A stretch of DNA of 63,326 bases, filler included, from Candidatus Woesearchaeota archaeon (GTDB taxonomy: Archaea; Nanobdellota; Nanobdellia; Woesearchaeales; J072): assembly GCA_003695265.1 (NCBI GenBank). It is 10 parts of 10 records of this genome, joined end to end, with 100 filler letters (N's around TTAATTAATTAA, not from the genome) between each part and the next. Parts side by side here need not be neighbours in the genome. Positions count along the whole stretch, not along the records: positions 51,456 to 57,989 come from RFII01000061.1; positions 58,090 to 60,591 come from RFII01000063.1; positions 60,692 to 63,326 come from RFII01000065.1; 7 more parts are not named here. One strand, given 5' to 3'. Shown here piece by piece: positions 57,478 through 63,326 of this stretch. The notes beneath the pieces are model-generated. The model had not been told where the DNA came from and ran no database searches. It saw only the letters and a list, made by a program, of their open reading frames with translations. How positions within the stretch are numbered: the stretch's first letter is position 1; every line of letters begins with the position of its first letter. Made by a program: the position numbers and the translations under genes.

Positions 57478-57900
57478 ATGGTTAATCCAACAAGTATGTT
57501 TCCGTTCTTTGGAATGGCTTCTGCCATGGGTGGAATGGTTGCAACTATTGCTTTAATGGGAGTGATGTTTCTTGCGCTGTACATTTACACAGCATTCGCG
57601 TGGATGGCAATAGCAAAAAAATTAAAGTATGCAAAGCCGTGGCTCGCGTGGATTCCAATAGCAAACCTGTTTTTGCTGCCCATTCTTGCTAAAAAGCACT
57701 GGGCATGGGGCTTTATATTTATAGTTCCGATTGTAAACATAATATTTTTCATGATATGGACTTGGAACATTTACGAGCAGAGGAAGTATCCGGGATGGCT
57801 TGCCCTAGTGCCTATTCTTGCATTCGTGCCGAGTATTAGTTGGTTAGTCAGCCTTGCAAATCTTGTCATTCTCGGCTTGGTAGCCTGGGCTGACCGCTAA
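57478..57900 (+). CDS. Small multi-TM membrane protein (DUF5684-like)
   Basis: W.IAKK.....PWLAWIPIAN pattern. Confidence 0.75.
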   Translation: MVNPTSMFPFFGMASAMGGMVATIALMGVMFLALYIYTAFAWMAIAKKLKYAKPWLAWIPIANLFLLPILAKKHWAWGFIFIVPIVNIIFFMIWTWNIYEQRKYPGWLALVPILAFVPSISWLVSLANLVILGLVAWADR

Positions 57901-57933
57901 ATTTATATAGAATTCATTTTGTTTTCAATTTTT

Positions 57934-57989
57934 ATGAAGTATTTGGCTGATTTCGCGGTTGATTTTGCCCTCAAAAAAGGAGCTTCTTA
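57934..57989 (+). CDS. 5' fragment of a gene, possibly TldD/PmbA family
   Basis: MKYLADFAVDFALKKGAS... runs into the linker. Confidence 0.3.
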
Positions 57990-58089
57990 NNNNNNNNNNN
58001 NNNNNNNNNNNNNNNNNNNNNNNNNNNNNNNNNTTAATTAATTAANNNNNNNNNNNNNNNNNNNNNNNNNNNNNNNNNNNNNNNNNNNN
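57990..58089. other. Artificial contig linker
   Basis: N-run with TTAATTAATTAA. Confidence 0.99.
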
Positions 58090-58112
58090 AATTTATTGGA
58101 GGTAAATTAAAA

Positions 58113-59825
58113 ATGGTAATAAGAAAACAAATCGCAATCTTTACATTGCTAATATTCTTGATGAGCATCATACCAACATCATTTGCTAGGGAAGATATGT
58201 CTATTGAGACAAGGATCAAGGCTCCAAATGCGCAAAATATTAAACCTCAGCCGCAGCTAACAGCAAAAAATCCACAGCTAGCCCAAGTCAAAAAGGTTGA
58301 GAACCGCTTAAGGGTGTGTTTTGATTTCTTAAAGAAGAACAGCCTCTCAGACACTCCCTTGCTTACTTGCAACAAATTAATAAGAAAGGAAATCAGTTGC
58401 GTTGACTTTCTTAAGGAGAAAGGAATTGATGAACCCTTGGAAAAGTGCGACAAATTCTTTAAGAAAAGCGCTCAAATAATAAAGGATCGGCCTTACTTGG
58501 CAAAGGATGTTGCTAGCGCCGTGGCAGAGCCGAGGCTTAAGAAACTTGACAAGCTGGTAGCAAGTCATCCTAAAGTAGTTGATTTTGTCAAAAACCTGCC
58601 TGAGGAGAAAGCCAAAGTCTTTCTTCACCTGCCAAGAGCAGAGCAGAAGAAGCTTTTGGGAGAGGACACTTACAATGCAGAAAAAGAACTGAGCAAGTTC
58701 AAGCTTAAAAAAGTAAAGAAAAGCATGCTGTTCAAAAAAAGGATTATTTCACCAAGCAAAGTAAAAAAGGCAGAAGAAGAATTTAAGCTTGCAGAAGAAG
58801 CATACAAAAAGGCGAATAAGGCTTACAAGGAAAAGAAATCATTGTTTCTCAGCGTTAAGGAGCAGCTAAAAAACTGCAAAGGCGTTGACACTACTAAATG
58901 CAATGATTTAAGAGAAAAAGTAAAGGAGCATGCAAAGGATTTTCTTATTAACGCTGCAGACATGGCTATTGAGCATTTGAAGAAGATCAAGCACAAAGTT
59001 GAGTCATCTGAGGAAATTGACGAAGCAAAAGCTGATGAAATAATCACTGAGATTGACAATACTATCTCAAAGTTAGAAGATGTGAAATCCCAAGTAGAGG
59101 CAGCAGATACTAAAGAGGAGATTCAAAAAGCCGCTCAGGCAATAAACCGGATTTGGAAGGGTATCAAGCATAAGGAAAAGCTTCACGCAGCTCGACTAGT
59201 CCATGCAAAAGTGTGGAACATAATCAAGAGAAGCGAGCACTTGGAGGAAAGGCTTGACTTTGCACTGGCAAACATGGAAGAGCAGGGAATAAGCATTGAT
59301 AATATTGAGCCAAAAGTAAATGAATTCAGCGAAAAAATTGCCTTTGCAAAAGACAATTATGAGAAAGCAAAGGAATTGTTCAAGCAGGCAGAGGGCTTGA
59401 AAACAGAGAATCCTACTGAGGATGAAAGAACGCAGGTCTTAGAACTCGTTACCGAGGCAAGGCAGCTTCTTCGAGATGCGCATGAATCACTTAAAGAAGC
59501 CCACACAATATTAATGGAAATAATTAGGGAAATAAAAGCTCAGGGAGGAGAATTACAATCAGAGGAAGAACCAGAAGAAGAGGGTCTTGGAAAAGATGAG
59601 GTTTATGAAGTGGTTGAAGAAAGTTATGAGGATGAGGGTTCAGATGATGACTCTTTTGTTGGTAATGAAACACTTAATGAGACTTCTGATGAGCATGAGG
59701 ACTTCATGAGTGAGGATGAGGATTTGAGTGATGAGGACCATACCAACACAATAAAAGATGATTCCAAAGAACACAGCAAGAAAAGTGAGAGTTCAGAAAA
59801 TTCAGAAGAAGATGAATCTTCATGA
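58113..59825 (+). CDS. Secreted helical-bundle protein with acidic tail
   Basis: GGAGGT RBS; signal peptide ending TSFA; paired Cys; D/E/S-rich C-terminus. Confidence 0.82.
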   Translation: MVIRKQIAIFTLLIFLMSIIPTSFAREDMSIETRIKAPNAQNIKPQPQLTAKNPQLAQVKKVENRLRVCFDFLKKNSLSDTPLLTCNKLIRKEISCVDFLKEKGIDEPLEKCDKFFKKSAQIIKDRPYLAKDVASAVAEPRLKKLDKLVASHPKVVDFVKNLPEEKAKVFLHLPRAEQKKLLGEDTYNAEKELSKFKLKKVKKSMLFKKRIISPSKVKKAEEEFKLAEEAYKKANKAYKEKKSLFLSVKEQLKNCKGVDTTKCNDLREKVKEHAKDFLINAADMAIEHLKKIKHKVESSEEIDEAKADEIITEIDNTISKLEDVKSQVEAADTKEEIQKAAQAINRIWKGIKHKEKLHAARLVHAKVWNIIKRSEHLEERLDFALANMEEQGISIDNIEPKVNEFSEKIAFAKDNYEKAKELFKQAEGLKTENPTEDERTQVLELVTEARQLLRDAHESLKEAHTILMEIIREIKAQGGELQSEEEPEEEGLGKDEVYEVVEESYEDEGSDDDSFVGNETLNETSDEHEDFMSEDEDLSDEDHTNTIKDDSKEHSKKSESSENSEEDESS

Positions 59826-59900
59826 TTTTTTTATTCTTTTTAAGTTAAACCAAACATTTAAAAAAGAGCATATATTATAAAACTTGGTTGGTGATAACAA

Positions 59901-60188
59901 ATGATAAGAAAGTCTGCAATCATTCTGCTGATGCTAACTCTATTAGCTTTTTTTATTGCTGGCTGTGCGAAAAAGCCGTTGGCTGAACAGCAGCCAGTTC
60001 AAGCTCAAGAGGGTGCTGGAGCAAGCGCTGCCCAGAACATACAAAGCCAGCAGGCTGCGGAATCTCAGCAGCAAATAGAAGACGAGAATGTCTCTGAGCA
60101 AATCTCTGAAGTTGATTCCATGGATAATGAATTAGACGACACTGACTTAGACAACTTGGAGAACGACCTTGCCAGCATTGACTGGTAA
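59901..60188 (+). CDS. Predicted lipoprotein with acidic C-terminus
   Basis: FFIAGC lipobox; Q/A linker; DLDNLENDLASIDW. Confidence 0.75.
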   Translation: MIRKSAIILLMLTLLAFFIAGCAKKPLAEQQPVQAQEGAGASAAQNIQSQQAAESQQQIEDENVSEQISEVDSMDNELDDTDLDNLENDLASIDW

Positions 60189-60264
60189 AAATTTTTTTGT
60201 TAATATATACTATTAATTCTTTCTAAACGATATTTTTATTAACTCTAAAAAATTATTTCTTATT

Positions 60265-60466
60265 ATGGATTGGATATTCCTTTTTTTGGCAGGGGGAAGC
60301 TGCCTATGCGTTCAAAAGAAGAGAAATCGCTGTTGCAATCGCAATCCTTCTCTGCTTTAACCTGATTGCACTAGCAATAATCAGATTTACGCTTTTCAAG
60401 GAAACATTAGGCTTGAAGGAAATCATTGGCTTAACATTATTTGCGATTATCATTTTTAATGTTTAA
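60265..60466 (+). pseudogene. SMR/EamA-type transporter remnant (frameshift or internal deletion)
   Basis: MDWIFLFLAG in one frame; YAFKRREIAVAIAILLCFNLIALAIIRFTLFKETLGLKEIIGLTLFAIIIFNV* in another. Confidence 0.55.
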
Positions 60467-60591
60467 ATGATCTCATAATCCTGTTTTGATAGCAAAAGCT
60501 TTTAATATAAAGTTCAAGTTCTCTGAAAAATGGCTCAAGATGATTTAGCAGAGCTCTGCATAAATATTGAAAAACAAGGCAAATTTAAGAT

Positions 60592-60691
60592 NNNNNNNNN
60601 NNNNNNNNNNNNNNNNNNNNNNNNNNNNNNNNNNNTTAATTAATTAANNNNNNNNNNNNNNNNNNNNNNNNNNNNNNNNNNNNNNNNNNNN
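60592..60691. other. Artificial contig linker
   Basis: N-run with TTAATTAATTAA. Confidence 0.99.
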
Positions 60692-61221
60692 CTATTATAA
60701 TGTCCTAATTTTTTATCCACCATCTCTTTATTTATTCTAATTCCTGTAAATGGTGGTATAATATCATTATCAAGTTCAATAAATATATACCCGTTTTTTT
60801 TAGTTATTCTGCTTAATTCTTGTAATGCTTTTATTGGGTCTGGAACATGGTCTAAGGTTGAGCAAAACATTACAGCATCAAAAGTCTCATCCTTGAATGT
60901 TGTATCCTCAACATTTTCAATCCTGATTTCGTAATTAGTTATCCCCCTTGCTTTGAAGTTTTTTTCAGCTTTTTTTAATCTATTATGAGAAAGATCAGCA
61001 CATACAACTTTCTTTACATCTTTTACATAACTCAAAGTAACATATCCTTCTCCGCAACCAATATCTGCAACTATTTTATTTTTTGCAAACCTCTTGATTG
61101 CTGTTTTTACTGTTTTTAATCTCATTTCTTTTAATGTTTTTAATAATAAATCTTTGTTTTCATAATAAGAATCATGACCCATATTCTTTGCTTTTTCCTC
61201 AAAAAATTTTTTGTTGTTCAT
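60692..61221 (-). CDS. Class I SAM-dependent methyltransferase, 3' end missing
   Basis: VADIGCGEG, DLS, FKDETFDAV, LDHVPDP..ALQE..R..K.NG. Confidence 0.88.
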
Positions 61222-61616
61222 TTTAATAAAGTTATTATAATCTTCCTCTTTCTTGGCCCGTCAAAGTCGCACAGCATAGGGCTCTGCCACGTGCCGAGCT
61301 GCAATTTGCCGTCCTTGATTGGGATTGTTTCGCTCGGCCCAACAATAGCTGATTTTATGTGCGCTGCTGCGTTGTTGTCAACCTGATCATGGCGCCACTT
61401 ACCTTCAGGTATTATGTTATTCAATGCGTCTAAGAAGTCCAGGCAAATATTTGGGTCGTAGTTCTCATTTATTATTATCGCAGCTGTTGCATGCGCAGCA
61501 TACACATTAAGAAGCCCTTCTTTCACCCCGCTTTTCTTCAAAGCGTCTTCCAACACACCCCTTATGTCAATCAGCTCATTCTTTTTGCTTGACTCAACAT
61601 AATATTCAAACTGCAT
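61218..61616 (-). CDS. yjbQ: YjbQ/UPF0047 family protein
   Basis: HATAAIIINEN.DP, NAAAHIKS..VG, LGTWQ....DFDGPR.R. Confidence 0.93.
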   Translation of the reverse strand: MQFEYYVESSKKNELIDIRGVLEDALKKSGVKEGLLNVYAAHATAAIIINENYDPNICLDFLDALNNIIPEGKWRHDQVDNNAAAHIKSAIVGPSETIPIKDGKLQLGTWQSPMLCDFDGPRKRKIIITLLK

Positions 61617-61711
61617 TTTTGCATGGAATACTTTGTGCTATAAAAATCTTTACTTCAAACCAAATTAAAGTATTGCCAACGTTTAAATATGTGCTTTTCT
61701 TACTCATTTCT

Positions 61712-62335
61712 ATGTCAGATGACTCATTTTTATTAGTTAACCTGAAAGAGGACAAGGCGAAAGAATTAGCCCAAGTTATAAGCAATGACACTTGCAGGAA
61801 AATACTTAATTTTTTAGCTAAGAAAGAAGCCACAGAGTCAGAGATTGCAAAAAGGCTTAACATTCCAATATCCACTGTGCATTACAACCTGAAGCATTTG
61901 AAAGCTGCTAAGCTGGTGCAAGCTGATGAGTTTCATTACAGCGAGAAAGGCAAAGAAGTGGACCATTACAAGTTAGCCAACAAGCTAATAATAATTGCGC
62001 CCAAGGAAACTCCTGAAGGCTTTGGTGAAAAGCTAAAGAAGTTTTTGCCTGTCTCAATAATCATTCTTGCGGCAACAGCTATAATACAATTGTTTGAAAG
62101 CATGAGGTCAAAGGCGTTTTCTGCTATGAGCGAGCAAGGAGCAGCACTCATGGAAGCTTCAAAAGCCGCAACGCAAGCAGACATGACCGCAGAGGCAATA
62201 CCAAGAGCAGCAAGTGCTGCCCAGCCGAGCATTGAGGTGATAATGCAGGTGCCTGCAGCAGTGTGGTTTTTGATAGGCGCTGTTTTCTCTCTGATTGTTT
62301 ACTTGCTTGTTTCAAAGCTTATGAGAAAGAACTAA
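61712..62335 (+). CDS. ArsR-type HTH regulator with two C-terminal TM helices
   Basis: ISNDTCRKIL..L......ESEIAKRLNIPISTVHYNL..L, YSEKGKEV; two hydrophobic helices. Confidence 0.85.
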   Translation: MSDDSFLLVNLKEDKAKELAQVISNDTCRKILNFLAKKEATESEIAKRLNIPISTVHYNLKHLKAAKLVQADEFHYSEKGKEVDHYKLANKLIIIAPKETPEGFGEKLKKFLPVSIIILAATAIIQLFESMRSKAFSAMSEQGAALMEASKAATQADMTAEAIPRAASAAQPSIEVIMQVPAAVWFLIGAVFSLIVYLLVSKLMRKN

Positions 62336-62495
62336 TTTTCTTTGACTTTAATCCAAATAGAATCTTACTCTGAATTATAAATATTTTCTCAACTTTCTTA
62401 ACTTTTGTTTTAGGCATTATTGTGCCAAGTGCATTTTACAAATGCTCAAGTTTTGGTAAGACATAAATACTATTCTTCTTTTTTTCTTTTTTATT

Positions 62496-62978
62496 ATGAT
62501 AATAGCAGTTTCTGGTACGCCCGGAACAGGCAAAAGCACGCTTGCAAAAGAGCTTGCAAAGGCGTTAAGGTATTATTACGTTGATGTTCTCAAATTCATA
62601 AAAGAAAACAAGCTCAGCGACGGCTTTGACAAAGAGCGAGATTGTGAGATAATTGACGTTAAGAAATTAAACAAGGCTCTTGAAAAATTCTTGAAAAGCA
62701 AGAATGCAGTTGTTGACTCTCACCTAAGCCACAACCTGCCGAAAAAACTGGTTGATATATGCATAATAACAAAATGCGAGCTAAAAGAATTGAGAAGGCG
62801 ACTTGAGCTAAGGAAATATTCCGAGAAAAAAATAAGGGAAAACCTCGAAGCAGAAATATTTGACACCTGCTACCAAGAAGCAGACCAGAAAGGCCATAAG
62901 ACTATTGTTGTTGACACTACAAAAGGGTTTAAGATAAAAGAAATAATAAAACTTATCAAAATCATGGGCTTGCATTAA
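62496..62978 (+). CDS. Archaeal adenylate kinase, AK6/Fap7 family
   Basis: SGTPGTGKST, VDSHLSH, RL..R.YS..KI.EN.EAE. Confidence 0.9.
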   Translation: MIIAVSGTPGTGKSTLAKELAKALRYYYVDVLKFIKENKLSDGFDKERDCEIIDVKKLNKALEKFLKSKNAVVDSHLSHNLPKKLVDICIITKCELKELRRRLELRKYSEKKIRENLEAEIFDTCYQEADQKGHKTIVVDTTKGFKIKEIIKLIKIMGLH

Positions 62979-63252
62979 CAGCTTTGTTCTTCATTGTTGT
63001 TCTGTCAAGCTGCACGATTATCTGCCACACAATAAAAATTGCTATTGTTATAATGGATCCCAACATCAAGTCAAACGCTAGGTTGCCTGAAAAAAGCAAC
63101 TGGCCGTTAATCGCATGATCAACAATTCCAAAAACAGCTCCGCCGAGGAACATCTGGTTGAGCCAAAGACTATATTTTCCAGAATTCCTGGTTTTTTTCC
63201 TTATGCTGTAAGTTGTTATTGCAGCAATTGTTGGCAAAATGTAACATACCAT
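62962..63252 (-). CDS. Small membrane protein
   Basis: MVCYILP, LGGAVFGIVDHAING; three hydrophobic segments. Confidence 0.7.
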   Translation of the reverse strand: MVCYILPTIAAITTYSIRKKTRNSGKYSLWLNQMFLGGAVFGIVDHAINGQLLFSGNLAFDLMLGSIITIAIFIVWQIIVQLDRTTMKNKAVNASP

Positions 63253-63326
63253 GTTTATCACCCTTTATTTGTCAAAACCAAATAAAACTATTATTTTCTT
63301 TAAACAAACAATTCATAGTATAAATA

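Noticed and set aside
57381..57584. N-terminal 68-aa extension of ABCE1 in the ORF track
   Set aside because: Overlaps the divergent membrane-protein gene and promoter region; homology starts at MAKRVAIV (57380)
13410..60691. Nine identical TTAATTAATTAA elements within N-runs
   Set aside because: Artificial contig linkers, not biological repeats; ORFs in the track that run through X residues are artefacts
1..63326. CRISPR array, rRNA, tRNA, SRP or RNase P RNA, transposase, integrase, reverse transcriptase
   Set aside because: By eye I found no regularly spaced repeats, no T-loop/D-loop cloverleaf and no such protein motifs; a tRNAscan/Infernal run would be needed to be certain

Overview
Archaeal DNA of moderate-to-low GC. 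Gene content and protein families suggest a DPANN, Woesearchaeota-like organism (inference). The window is not contiguous: ten contig pieces are joined by nine 100-nt artificial linkers (N-run / TTAATTAATTAA / N-run), so adjacency across a linker means nothing. Most genes are housekeeping: elp3, thermosome, gltX, rpl7ae-rps28e-rpl24e-ndk-fusA-tuf-rpsJ, asnS, a bacterial-type aspS, pyrG, ABCE1 and ogg. Also present are a MoxR/vWA/DUF58 operon, a RelBE-type toxin-antitoxin pair and two different histone types. I found no rRNA, tRNA, CRISPR array or transposase. Best candidates for undescribed systems: (1) a surface redox/copper module split over two contigs (38234-41088 and 48454-49485), with a DUF1573-like protein, two membrane-anchored proteins sharing the C-terminus LPxMVGGC, a triple-CxxC thioredoxin-like protein fused to a CuA-type cupredoxin, and CcdA; (2) an operon (42535-48353) of two paralogous multi-TM anchors with swapped C-terminal domains plus a large signal-less papain-like protease with beta-sandwich repeats. 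Smaller finds: an unannotated 56-aa non-nucleosomal histone, ABCE1 missing three Fe-S ligands, an NgBR/Nus1-like pseudo-prenyltransferase, a double K-turn in the rpl7ae leader, and multi-branched intergenic palindromes.
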